A stretch of 64,000 bases of DNA from the human T2T-CHM13v2.0 reference genome, Homo sapiens. The stretch is taken from the NCBI RefSeq assembly GCF_009914755.1, contig NC_060934.1; one strand, given 5' to 3'. Below the pieces are notes generated by a model. It ran no database searches. It had not been told where the DNA came from and saw only the letters and a list, made by a program, of their open reading frames with translations. Below, one piece after another: positions 42,613-55,697 of this stretch; the first letter of the stretch is position 1; each line of letters opens with the position of its first letter. Made by a program: the position numbers and the translations under genes.

Positions 42613-44760
42613 GTCTGGCAGTCTTATCCCATGCTGGATTCCCATAACCACCATCACAACCAAAATGCACACCTGTTCCAGCCCTACTAGAAACCCCTTG
42701 AGCTGTCCTTTCATGTCTGCCTTCCAAGCCCCAGTCCCTGTCCCTGGGCAACTACGAATCTGTTCTCCATCTCTACTGTCATTTTGAGAATGTTTATAAA
42801 TGGAATCACACAATATGGAACCTTCTGAGGTTGACATTTTTCACCAGGCCTGATGCCCTGGAGATCCATCTGGGTTGCAGCGTGGGTCACGAGTCTGTTC
42901 CTCTTTATTGCTAAAATAGCAGTTTGCTCTGTGGATGAACCATGGTTTGTAGAACCTTTCACTCACTGCAGGAAATTCATGTTGTTCCAGTTTTTTTTTG
43001 CTGTTACAAAGAAAGCTGCCTTAAGTATTCATGCACAGCTTTTCTGTGTGGGTTAGTTTTAATTTTCTGGCATCAATGCCCTGGAATACCCTTGCTGGGT
43101 TACATGGCAGGCACATGCCTGGAGTTGCAAGCAACTGCCAACCTGTTTTCCAGAATAGCTGCGCCATTTTCATTCCCAGCAGCCATGCATGAGTGATTTC
43201 ATTTCTCCACATCCTCACAAGCACTGGGTGTTATGACCATCGTTTATTTTACATGTCCTGATAGGAGTGTCATGCTACTGCATTGTGCTTTTTAGTCACA
43301 CACCGCAGTGGCTGATGCTGTTGGACATCTTTCCATGGGGCTATTCACCATCTGTGTCTCCCTTTCAGTGAAATGTTCCCTAAGTGGGTTGCTTGTTTTT
43401 TTAATGTTGAGATTTGTGAGTTCTTTTTAGATTCTAGATACAACGTCTTTGTCAGATATGAGGTCTGCAAATGATATCTTCCAATCTGTAGCTTGTCTTT
43501 TCATCCTGTTAACAGGGAATTTTAGAGCACAGAATTTTACATTTTGATGAAGCCTACTATCTTCTTTTTTCTTTTGGTTCATGTGTTTGGCGTCATGTCT
43601 CTGAACTCTTTGCCTGGACTTAGTTCCTGAAGATTGCCTTCTATTTTTTCTTCTAAAAGTTTTGCAGTTTTTATTTTATATTTATATTTGTAATCTATTT
43701 TTAAATAATGTTTTTACAGTATAACTTTCAGTCCAAGTTTTGTTTTTTGTTGTTGTTGTTGTTTTTTGCTTTTATCTTATATATGTAATAGCTCCAGCAC
43801 CATTTAAAACATTTGTGTTAAAAGACACATACTATAAAATTTACCATGTCAAGCATTTTTTAACTGTACAGTTCAGGGGCATTAATTACATTCACACTGT
43901 TGTGCAACCAGCACCACCATCCACCTCCAGAACTTTTTCATCTTTCCAAACTGAAGCTTGGTACCCATTAAACAATAATTCCCAATTTCCCATCCCCCCA
44001 TTCTTTGGTAACCACATTTCTACTTTCTGTTGCTATGAATTTAACAAATCTAGATGCCTCATAGGAATAGAATCGTGTCATATTGTTCCTTTTGTGACTG
44101 GTTTATTTCATTTAGCGTAATGTCCTCAAGATTCACCCATGTTGTATAATGTGTCAGAATTTATTTCATTTTTAAGGCTGAATAGTATTTCCTTGTACAT
44201 GTAGACCACATTTTGTTTATGCCAAAAAAAAACTGAAAGCAGGACCTTGAAGAGGTGTTTGCATACCTATGTTCATGGCAGTGTCATTCACAGTAGCCAA
44301 GAGGTGAAAGCCATCCCAATGTCTGCTATCACTTTTTATTTTTGGAAAAACTATTCTCCCTCCACTAAATTGCTTTTGCTCTTTTGACAAAAATCCATTT
44401 GGTATATTTGTGTTGTTCTATTTCTGGGGTTTCTGCTCTGTTCCCTTGGGCCATGTGTCTGTCCCTCCACCCATATCATAGTCTTGATTGTGGCCACTGC
44501 AGAATAAGTCTTGAGGTCAAGCAAAATGCGTCCTTCCATTTTTTTTCCCCAAAATTATTTGAATTGTTCCAGTTTTTTCATCTTTCCATGTAAACTTTGC
44601 TATAAACTCGTCATTGTCTACCAAGCCTTGTGCTGGGATTTTTATAAGAATTGAGGGGATCAATCTGGGGAGAAATGGCATCTTTCCCACATTAAACCTT
44701 CCAATCCTTGAACACAGCATGGGTTTTTTAATTCATTTAGATATTCTTTGACTTATAATA
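42356..44760 (-). mobile_element. Old L1 (L1MB/MC-like), antisense, with a nested L1 at ~43810-44327
   Basis: Antisense L1 3'UTR/ORF2 remnants; ORF-track peptide MLCSRIGRFNVGKMPFLPRLI (44517-44720) resembles L1 ORF2. Confidence 0.75.
42578..42609. repeat. (GT)16 microsatellite
   Basis: Read directly. Confidence 0.95.
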
Positions 44761-45042
44761 ATGCGCTTTCTAAGATTATACACAGCTTTTTGTCTGTTTG
44801 TTTTTGTAAAGATAGGCTGAAATTCAGGAAATCCTCAGCAAGAGACAAAAAAAAAATGAAATTGTGTCAGTGATGTGTTGATGGCAGCTCATACACACTC
44901 ACGAGGGCCAACTATGTGTATCTCCTCCCCGCCTTGAGTTCAGTGATGGCACCTTGGTAGGGGGAACTGGCAATAGTGGACAAATGGTGGACAAATGCCA
45001 AAGCCCACCATACAAGTGGACAAATTCCATGAAGCAGGCTGT

Positions 45043-45187
45043 CTTCCTTCCTTCTTGCCCTTCCCCTTCCCCTCCCCTCCCTTCCCCTCCCCTCCCTCCC
45101 TTCCTTCCTTCCTTCCTTCCTTCCTTCCTGCTTTCCTTCCTTCCATCCGTCTCTCACCCTTCTGTCTCCCTTCCCCTCTCTTTCTTT
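45043..45187. repeat. Polypyrimidine tract, (CCTT)n/(CCCT)n
   Basis: Read directly. Confidence 0.9.
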
Positions 45188-45269
45188 GAAGGGGGTTGTT
45201 AAACACCCACCTGCATACCCCTGACTATATCTAATTCATGGCTCTACTATGAAGAAGAGTGAGCCCATG

Positions 45270-45575
45270 GTGAGGGGCAGCATGAAGAGAGGTTGATTCA
45301 TGGGCATAAATATATGCAGCTAAGGAAGGGCTAACACCTAGTGCTCCCTAGATCAGTAGGGTGACTATAGTTTACAATCATCTATTGTACATTTCAAAAT
45401 TGTTAGAAGGTAATCATTTAAATGCTTCTAACATAAATAAAAGACAAACATTTAGGCTGCTGGATATTAATTACACTGATTTGATCTTTCCATGTGATAT
45501 GAATGTATGTGCCCTGAAAATATGTGCATCTCTTATGTATCAATATAAACAATTAGCAAACAATAAATAAGAACA
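45270..45575 (+). mobile_element. L1MA-like 3' fragment
   Basis: gatcagtagggtgactatagtttacaatcatctattgtacatttcaaaat. Confidence 0.7.
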
Positions 45576-47099
45576 ATCCCTTGTGTCTATGCCCTGGTTG
45601 TTTCTGGAGCTGGTGTTCCCGCTGTCAACACCCGTCTTCCTGGTCATCACATTTGCTTTCTTATCTAGCACTGAACGATGGATCTACCCATTTGTCAGAA
45701 TAAAAATGTGGCTTGGAGTGCAAAAGAGGGAAAAATAAAATAAAAGTTCCAAACCAACCAACCAAACAAAAAACAAGGAATGTGTAAGAGACTGAATTTA
45801 GGCATATCCCTTTGGTGGAAAATCATGTGAGATTCACATGATGGATTAATTTAAATCAAATAGTCTGCCTAGCATTTAGCCAGTATTAAGTTGGGATTTC
45901 TTGTATTTGCCTTATATTTGCATTGCAAGTGGCAATTTGTTAAAAAAGAAAAAATAAAACAACGATTACAATTTGAAAAAAGACAAATCAGTTTCTAGTA
46001 AAGCTGTAGCCATGATTACCCATCCTCTCCCTCTTCAAATACAACCTTAACCATAGCCCTACAGATGGCCAGATGTGATCCTGTTGGCTAAAATGAGATC
46101 TTCGTATATTAACCTCTGTTGAGCTCTGTGGTCATTTAGGCTGCACATTTTTATTCCAGTGGGGAGTCTGGCAATGGAGAAAGGCTCACTGGAAAGCCTC
46201 CCTTGTTCAGGGAGAGAAGTTAAGCCACTCTCCTGGCTCCCTGGGCTGGAGCATGTGGGCCTGACAGGACTCACTAGGCCAGGTACCCCATGATTTGGGA
46301 TCAGACCACCTGCATTTGAACCCAGGCTCTGATGCTCGCCCAGTCTTTGACCTCAATAAGTCTCTCTATTCTGTTTTATTAAGCTACTTTTTAGTATTAT
46401 GACAATGATGCTATTATTCCAAAGTAGGTTGACAGTTTTTAAGACATTGGAAAAGACCAATAGAATACCCTGAACCCTTCCTTCAAGCATTCAGAGATAG
46501 CAACTCTTCATGTTTGAGTGTAAAACTTCCAGTCTTCTCTTTCTATGCCAGGATATAATTATTTAACTGCATTGTTTTCTCCTTTATTGCTGTTTTCCCC
46601 AGAAATATGAGCTTATATTTTTCAGTTAACTTCCTGTTGTGAATATTTTTATTTGTCATAAAATCATGTTTCTGTGAACCCTGGGAGATTCAGTAATAGT
46701 TGCAAATATGTGAAGTGATAGGCAAAAAACAATGAACACCTACTATCCATATTTCTGAGAATAAAATAACAAGAGCTGAGTTAAAACGTAATAGAAAAGG
46801 TGACCACAAGATTTTGGTAAATAATTCACTGAGGAGGCTGGGATTATGTTTAACACACAATAGGTATCTGGATTAAAATCCTTAAAAGCGAGAGCATACT
46901 AAACAGCTTCTGAGGAACTAGGAGGGTGCGGAATCTTTGGAAGTGTTTGTTAGGAGAGATAATTGATGATGACGGAAACCAGTCTGTCTCGGAGATTCCA
47001 ATACAATTCTGCCTGGAGCGGGAGAGAGAACTAGGTGATCATTCAAGGCCTCCACCAAATCTGTGATTCTGTGATTTGTCTGAATAATCGATGATGTGA

Positions 47100-48596
47100 A
47101 TTGCAGTTATTCCCTCCTCCAGGGCAGACAGTATGCATAAAGGCAGTTGTAAAGAAAACGGTGCTGCGGCTGCCCCAGTGAGTCATTTAGATGCTGGGCT
47201 GTTTCTGCTTGCTCTGCTGTGAGGTCAGTTTCATGTGCTTAAGCAACTTTGCTTCAGGTCACACCCTACGGGACACCCACGGCAGCCTGCCGCCTACTAA
47301 TCATAGAGCCCTTCCTGTTCCTTTTTTGTCTTTTTCTTAACCAACAATGGGTCATTTAGCAGGACATTTATTTCAGTCCTAAGTTGTATTATCCCTGGTA
47401 ATTTGCATATACCATTATTAAAGTGTGGCAGTCTTTTGTAATTATTGTCTTAATCTAGTGAAAAATAATATATCTGTATATCTGGAGAGAAGGCTGTTCT
47501 CTGGATGCAGCTGAGCACTTGCATGCACTCGATGAACGGGAATAGGACTGCATGAGGCTGACCTGGATTTGACAACCGCACCAGGACAAGGCCGCGTGCT
47601 GCCCTGAACAGTGGCCCTTGTGCTAAATACGAATCCTCTCTCTCCCACAGGCATAGCCCGTCACCTGCGTCTGGTTTTTGCTCCTCATTTTCTTCAATTT
47701 TCACTCTATTTATAGTTGAGAACCTTCCATTTCCCCCTGGTTGAAATACATTAGTTGCTATGGAAACTGCGATCCCCCCGGTGTGGATGGAGCTGAATGA
47801 CACCTACAATTGCAGAGCACGGTTGGCGTTGCCAGGGCTGGGAAATGGGCGTCGTGGCTGGAGAGGGCACTGAAGGGCACAGATGAGAATAATGACAGCA
47901 CACAGCACGACCGTCAGGAACCGACGCAGCACCACTGGGTCAGAAGTTGTGGAAGAAGCCATGGGTAACAGAAGCCCCCCATGCCCTACACCACACAGAG
48001 GGGCGGGTCCCATCAGAGGCCTAACCCCTGGAGGGCTCTCATTTTCAAAACATAAAAAATGGAGCTATAGCTGGTACTTGCAAAAAAAAAAAAAAAAGAT
48101 GCATTTTCATTTTGATAAATACTAGAATCATTCTATTTCGAATGAGTATTTTTGCCCTTCTGTATGGGGTATGATGTCCCTCTTCCCACGTATTTGAGCT
48201 CTTCATGACGTAAGAGAGAGTTTAGCACGCAGCTCTGAACTTCCCTCTTGCCTGCTCTTTCTTGGGAAACCGGGCTAGTCGGGAGAATGAACGGTCTGTG
48301 TGAGAGTGTCACCGAATTCAACGGGAAGCCAGCAGGTCTCCCTCTCCAGCGCGGCCCAGCAGGCCTCTCCCGACCCTTCAGCGCCAGCTCTCCGGTTTTC
48401 TCCAGGTTAGGTCCCTTCTGGAGCCGGCGTCGACCTTCTTTTTGCGTCCTAACCCAGCTCCTCCATCCCATGGTATCGTTTTCTGGTCTCAGTTCTTCTC
48501 CTTCACAGGTGGGTCCCGCAATCTTAACGCGGCGGGACAGCAAAACATGGACAAACCCTATCCAGCTGGCTCCCGCCTGGAAGCTACAGCTACGCC
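47100..48596. promoter_or_regulatory. Candidate enhancer/promoter (unique sequence, CpG-retaining, motif-rich)
   Basis: AP-1 TGAGTCA 47179; M-box TCATGTG 47231; SOX AACAATG 47343; RFX X-box GTTGCTATGGAAAC 47754; CRE-like TGACGTAA 48206; many CpGs 47560-48590. Confidence 0.45.
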
Positions 48597-48612
48597 AAGG
48601 GAAGCCCTTCTT

Positions 48613-48801
48613 TTCTTTTCTTTTATTTCATTTTTTATTTTTTATTTTTATTTTTATTATTGAGAAGGAGTCTGGCTCTGTCGCCCAGGCTGGAATGCAG
48701 TGGCGCGATCTCGGCTCACTGCAAGCTCCCAGGTTCACGCCATTCTCCTGCCTCAGCCTCCTGAGTAGCTGGGACTACAGGTGCCGCCACCCCGCCCGGC
48801 T
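48613..48801 (-). mobile_element. AluY right arm only (5'-truncated)
   Basis: 16-bp TSD aagggaagcccttctt at 48597-48612 and 48802-48817. Confidence 0.9.
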
Positions 48802-49429
48802 AAGGGAAGCCCTTCTTAGATGACCTCAATCCCCATACATTCCTTCTCCCTGGAGACGTCATTTCCACGTTCCAGCGCAGATAATCGCTCATGCACCATT
48901 TGTTCCTGTAAATTTAGCAATGCACAATCAACGCTCTCACTCACTGGTTTTCTCTTTCCTGTGGCGTTGGCTTTATAGACTATTTTTAGTCCTATTTCAT
49001 ATACACCTTGTCCCTCGGTATTTAGCACCGCTTCATGAAACCCTCCTACCCTTGACTCCTCCCTTGTCCTGTCTCAGATCTTGAGTCTACAATCTTCCTT
49101 CAGGAAGGCAGGCAAAGATGTGTGTTTTTAAATTCTTAATATGTCTCTACGTCCAAAAGAGACATTCGTTTCTGTTGATTCATTGGAGAGAGTTTCTTCT
49201 GGAATACCGGAAGCGCAGCACCCACCAGCTGTGCTGCTTAAGGTGAAGGGAGGCAGTAGAGGGGGCTGTGGGGAGACCCGGAACTTTACTCAGCACTTTC
49301 TCCGTGCAGAGAAGCATACAGTGCGCTTTACACACAATGACCCATTTAATGTTTGCAGCCAGGCTCTAAGAGAGGGGACTATTTTTTGTTCCTATCCATA
49401 AATGGGGAAAAAGACCTGAGGGTTTTCCA

Positions 49430-49935
49430 GGAGCCAAGGGGAAGCTCCCCTTCTGAGCTCTAAAGGTTCACTGAAAATGAACTAACAATAGGCAGATTAA
49501 CAGGAGGAAGAGCATACAAGTTTACTTAATGTGCCTAAGCACAGAGGAATCCCAGGAGAATGATTACCCAATAATCCAGCCAGGTCTACACACTTCTATA
49601 CTCTTGGGATACAGTATAGGGGAAGAGAAGATGGGGGAAACTGTGATAATTTTTGAGGGGTCGTAAGCAGTTTTTAGAAGGAATGGCTGGACCCAGTGCT
49701 CAGACACTGGAGGATTCTCTTTGGAGACTGAATGGGCCCAGATGATGAACAATGGTTTGGAAGAAAGTTGAGCTGAGCTCCAGGTGTGGTGCTTAATTTT
49801 CAGTCTCTTCCTCTGTCGCATGAGAGTTAATCTTCTCTGGTTAATTAAATTTCTGGGAAAGGACTGAAGGCAATTGTGTTCCCCTTTGGGGGTCTAGTAT
49901 CTAGGTAGATAAGGAAGCTTCAGAGAACGGCCTCG
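49430..49935 (-). mobile_element. ERV1-class solo LTR (family uncertain)
   Basis: aggttcactgaaaatgaactaacaataggcagattaacaggagg... resembles antisense MER4-group LTRs. Confidence 0.5.
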
Positions 49936-50393
49936 TCCTGTGCATAGGGAGAGACAGGCCTGAGAGGCAGGAGCTGGTGGGAGGGCAGAGAGACCCACGT
50001 CAAAGCACCGGGTTTGGGCTTCGTTCTCGTGGTCTGAGCACCAGGTTTGGGCTTTGTTCTCTGAGCCCCAGTCATTGTTTAACTCCTGCAAGGTGGGTGG
50101 CTGGGTCCGTCTGTCTGACTCCCACACTCATCTCTCCATGCCTGCCTGGCGTTCAGCTTCTTCCCGGAAGCTGCAGTCAGGTGGCTTCATCCACTTCTCC
50201 GCAGACACAAGAGGCTCCAGCTCCACACCTTTCCAGCGTCTCCCTCCTTCCCTAACAGGTCTTAGTCTGTTTTAATTTTGGCCTCTGTTTATTTCCTGAA
50301 ATCTGGAAGTTAATTCCTAAGTTGACAGTGAGAAAACTCTGGTAAAAAGCAGCCCCAGGCAGCATCATTTCATTCTCGGCCATGGTTTCCCCG

Positions 50394-50738
<345 letters not shown>

Positions 50739-52929
50739 TAACAGGGTACTCTTTCAACATATATAAGAAAGAACGTTATATATATCTAATAAGTGAGAAA
50801 AATTCAGCCACAAAACCCGTACGTTCATGACTTGGCCATCCTGAATGAGGTGTTCTGCCATGTGGTTATCATTTTAGGTAGTGCCTGTCATTGGAGCAAC
50901 TACATTACTAGCGGACAGTCCTGGAGATAAAAATAAAAAATACAAACCCTTACTTTGGTCAGTAGGGAAACGGCACATGGCGTGTCTGTCAGTCTGAATG
51001 AGAAGGCCTTCAGAGCAGACCTGAGATTCTGTCACTGAAGTGGGTGTGTACTGTGTCTTGGTACAAACACCAGCTCCGGTGGAGACGTAATGTGCGGCAA
51101 TGTGGTTAAGAACAAGACTTATTATACAGTTTAATTTTGTAAGGAAGAGGGTAGACCTACATTGCTCTCTGGATAAAGGATAGACTTAGGCACTGATCAG
51201 AAACGGTCTCTGTTTACCAAAATTCCTTCTTTGCACACAGAGCTGTGTAGTGAAAATGCCCGTCCTACACAAATAATGTGTTATAGCAAAATGAGCCAGT
51301 TAACATGTCAGCTCAAATCAACCTAATTTGGGTTAAAAATTCTTCCTTTTCTGTTTTTTTTTCTTTTCCCCCCTCCCCCTCCTCAATTCTTCCTTTTCTA
51401 AAAGGATCTTGTTACTTCATAAAAATCAAATTGGCCCCACGTTAATTTATTTGGCCATCAGAACATGGAGACTTTTGCCAACATAGCTATAGAACCTCTG
51501 TTTTTGTTTGATTTTATGACAGGGATGGGGTCTCACTGTGATTACAGGTGTGAGCTGCCATGCCCAACCAAAATCTCTTCATAGATGCGAAGTTTGGGAA
51601 GCTGTGCCAGGTCCCAGATTCACCTCCAGTGTGACTCCGGGGTCGGGAGTAGGTCCCTTGAGAGCCCCAGTCACTGGACTTCACAGGCAGCTAAAATGCA
51701 GGAAGAGGTTGGGAAGTCAGGGCCACTGATCTGCTTCAGTAAAAAAAAAAAAAAAAATCAGAATTCTTAAGCTTACCACCACTTTTTGATAAGCAAAGGC
51801 AGAAAATGTTAATGAATAATTAAAAGGAATGCTTATCAGAGATCTTCCCAGCTTAGAAAATGGAAAGAATTATGCACGTAACAAAGCTGCATGTATTTTA
51901 ACAAGGGCAGTAGAAACACAAGAACAGATGCATGCTAAGTCGGAAGAAGGACGATTCTAGAATTGTGCAAGACAGGCCTGCACTGCTGGGGACCCAGATT
52001 TGAGGAGGGTGGTCCCGGGGACCACACAGTCTTTGCAGATGCCTGGACCGAGGTCGACTCTGCATCTTATCTTCCCTAGGGGGGCCGCGGTGCCAGTCCT
52101 TAATTTGCTCATTGATAAAACATTTTCTAAGGTTAGTTCCTATATTATTTTAAAAAGTGACAGGACAGGGAATTGAGGCTAAGACAGTTGCTCCTCAATC
52201 AGCTTTTCTCGACAGCACAGCCGAGTGAGATAAAACACAGGGTTTGGACCTAAGATGAACTGGGTCTAAGTCCCCTGAACTATCGCTGAGGGGCTATCAG
52301 CCGCTCATGGAGGGAGTCAGTGACTCCCTCTCCTGGGTTTTGTGTCTCACAGGTGTCTGTGTGTGTGCTGGGGGCCGTCTCAATAATGTCTACTTCACTG
52401 GCATCGTGTAGAGATTAAACCCACTTACAAGGAAGTCCTAGCAGAGTCAATCGTTGACAGTAAGTGCTCAGTAAACCAGAGCTGTTTTCATTATCATTCT
52501 AATTTCCATAGCTCAGGAACATAAAGGAATAACACTGAATTCTAAGGACAAAGGTGTGGAGCCAGTGTAGAAAAATCACTGGGCCACCAAAGAAGCCCTA
52601 AATAATCATTTATTTCCAAGGACACTGGAGATAAAATACTCCAGAGTCTCTCAAACTTTTCCACCGCTGAGCAGGAGGCAGCGTGGAGCACAGCCGGCTT
52701 CAGGCAGGGACCTGGCCTCGGTACAGGGTCCTGGGCTTGGAGTCATGTTCCGCTTCCCGTATCTAATGCTTTTTGAACAAGGAGCTCCTGTCTTCACTTT
52801 GCTTTAAGCGCTCCGGATTACGTGGGCTGTACTTGCAGGGGAGAACATTGTGCTGACTCGGGATGAGACTGTGGCTTCTGGGACTCCCTGGCCCCTGGAA
52901 TCTGGTTTTGAGAAGCATGGGCTCTAGCT

Positions 52930-53035
52930 TAGGGTGGCAGAGTTAGCAAATGAAAATACAGACGTTGCACAGCACGCACTTCTGCTGAAGTCACCATCCA
53001 CCCTTCATCTGAAATTCAAATTCAGATGGGCATCA
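52930..53035. mobile_element. MER53-like DNA transposon fragment
   Basis: tagggtggcagagttagcaaatgaaaataca...atctgaaattcaaattcagatgggcatc. Confidence 0.6.
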
Positions 53036-53642
53036 CGCCTTTTCAGAGAAAGAAACTAAGGCACTCAGGTGGCCGACTTGGTCAAAGCCCTGTGACCAGT
53101 AAGAGAAGGGACCACATTTGAATCTGGCTGTGCCGCCAAGACACCAGCTTTTTAATCTCAGTGACTGATAAGAGACTTTGCAAAGATGTCGGAGTTGGAT
53201 AAAAGCTGACCCGGAAGCAGTAGCAGCCCCAGCCAGGTCATAAGTCCTGCAGGCCTCTGCTAGGGCCGACTTAACGATCCCCAGTGAACTAAAGAGATAG
53301 GTGACACCTTTCGGTTATAATTGCTCCAGTTGGCTTTGTGAAGATGTCCTTGTATTTTGGAAGAAAACATATCCATGTTCAGGAAGAGTCATTCTCAGAA
53401 TGATTTACTCAAGCAGAGCTTAGGTGGGGATTACTGAATGTAGCAGAAAGTGGAAGTAAATTCCTTTCGAAATACCTCAGGATCAGGAAAATTCAAACAA
53501 AGCATTTGGTTTGCCTTTTTGCTTCTGAGGCTGAAAACTGTGTATGTTTAAAATGAAAGGTAATCCATAAATTCCAGAGTCATTTGAACTTAACTCATCA
53601 ATATGTTAGTTTGTCAGTGGATGTCCAAGTAAATATTTAGAG

Positions 53643-53864
53643 CAGCGGTGTCCAATCTTCTGGCTTCCCTGGGCCACACTGGAAGCAGAAGAATTGTCTC
53701 GGGCCACACATAAAATATGCAAACATTAACAATAGTTGATAACGCTAAAAAAAATTGCAAAGAATCTTATAATATTTTAAGAAAGTGTACCAATTTTTGC
53801 TGGTACACTTTCAAAACCATCCTGGCTTATATACAGCCCACAGGCTGCGGGTTGGACACACTTG
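53643..53864 (+). mobile_element. MER30 (hAT-Charlie MITE)
   Basis: cagcggtgtccaatc...gttggacacacttg terminal inverted repeats; 8-bp TSD atttagag/gcttagag. Confidence 0.85.
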
Positions 53865-54357
53865 GCTTAGAGCTTTTTGGCTAAAAACATACACACACAT
53901 TTTTAAAAGATTGATTTTATGGTACCATTTTAAAAAAATTTCTGAGAGAACTACATACACATCTTTCCTTTGCGTCTTTCTGCTGAAGTGTTCAGGTGTG
54001 AGCCCACAAAAGTGCTGCTTTGAGGCCCCAGGTCTTCCAGGGTAGCCTTGAAGACAGGACACCTGCCCACATCTCCTGCTGTACAGGAGGCCATGGCATT
54101 CCCCAGTCCTCCACCTGTGGCTGGGTTTCCCAAATGTGGCTGTGGCTTTTCTTTCCTTTTGGGTCTTTGCTCATTCTACTTTTCTGATATACTTTCCAAG
54201 TTCAACCAAACTCAGGACTTAATTATCCAACACATGCAAAAATCCACCTCCTAACTGAGGTTGAGTTGAAATGTGAGTACTTTTGAAACCAGCTGAGCGG
54301 CATATTTCTAACAACGACTCTTGTAATTCACTTCATAGTCGAATATTTTTTCTGTAA

Positions 54358-54698
<341 letters not shown>

Positions 54699-54784
54699 TT
54701 TTTCTGTACACTTTTAAAGATGATCGAAACATTTAAAATAATTGTGTCTAATGGACAGATATAACAATGGGTTTTAATAATATT

Positions 54785-54846
54785 TTAGTTGAATGGGACA
54801 AATTTGTACTGAGTGTTTAAATATCTGTAAAAATGTGTAAATATTT
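54785..54846 (+). repeat. 62-bp direct repeat, copy 1
   Basis: Identical to 56487-56548. Confidence 0.95.
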
Positions 54847-55254
54847 AGAAATATTGATGTTTAATATTGAAAGAATATTAATTGTTTGACAGATTATAAG
54901 ATGAATGAATTGAGCATTAAAAAATGTATCACCAATAGTGCTGGTCTCTCGGCTGTATCTGATAATTTCAGTTAACAAATAAGGCAAATGCATAGAAAAT
55001 TGTTGTGGATTTGTCAGAAGATGGAAAGTGGCAGGTAGCTGAGTCTGAATTGGACCCAGCCTCACATGCAAGTGTTGGTATGACAGGTTTCTGAAACCAT
55101 TTACTGTGGAAAGTTGTTGTGTCAGGGAGATTGACAAATGTTCTATAAGATAGAGTGTAGGGGTCAAGTTAGTTTGGAAATGCTGACTGCTACATCATCT
55201 CTTAGGGACACACAAGGCAATTTGGCATATTAAAGATTGTGAGAAGTCCTGTCT

Positions 55255-55697
55255 GAGCACTGGCCAATAGAAACACAAGGTAAATCACAAGTACCACTAA
55301 AATCTCCTCATAACGACACTGATAAAAGTAAAAAGGGAACAGATAAAATCAATTTTAATGGTGTATTTAACCCAGTGCATTCAAAATCTTATCACTTTAC
55401 TATGTAACCAGTAGGAACACATCAATGAGGCATTTTTGACTCCTTTTTTCACATCAAGACTAAGAAATCCAGTGTCCGTTTTTGCATTTAATGAGCATCT
55501 TTTTTTAAAGCAATTTTTTTGTAGAGATGAGCTTTCAGTCTGTTGCTCAGGCTGGCCTTGGCCACCCAAAGAGCTGAGATTACAGGTATGAGCCACTGAC
55601 CCTGGCCTTATGAGCATCTTAATTCGAACCCGTATGATTCACAAGACACCCTGGCTCAGTGGCTGTGTGTGGCCAGGGTTACGTGTGGGGTGGGACA
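55255..55697. mobile_element. MER33-like hAT element interrupted by an Alu monomer
   Basis: aaaagggaacagataaaatcaattttaatggtgtatttaaccc...aaatccagtgt. Confidence 0.6.
55502..55609 (-). mobile_element. Internally deleted Alu left monomer (FLAM-like)
   Basis: TSD atgagcatctt at 55491-55501 and 55610-55620. Confidence 0.8.

Noticed and set aside
48082-48097. Poly(A) tail of a processed pseudogene
   Set aside because: No AATAAA upstream, no TSD and no recognisable parent gene
50005-50065. 33-bp two-copy tandem duplication (similar short ones at ~7415-7485 and ~29017-29068)
   Set aside because: Ordinary slippage-type duplications with no sign of function
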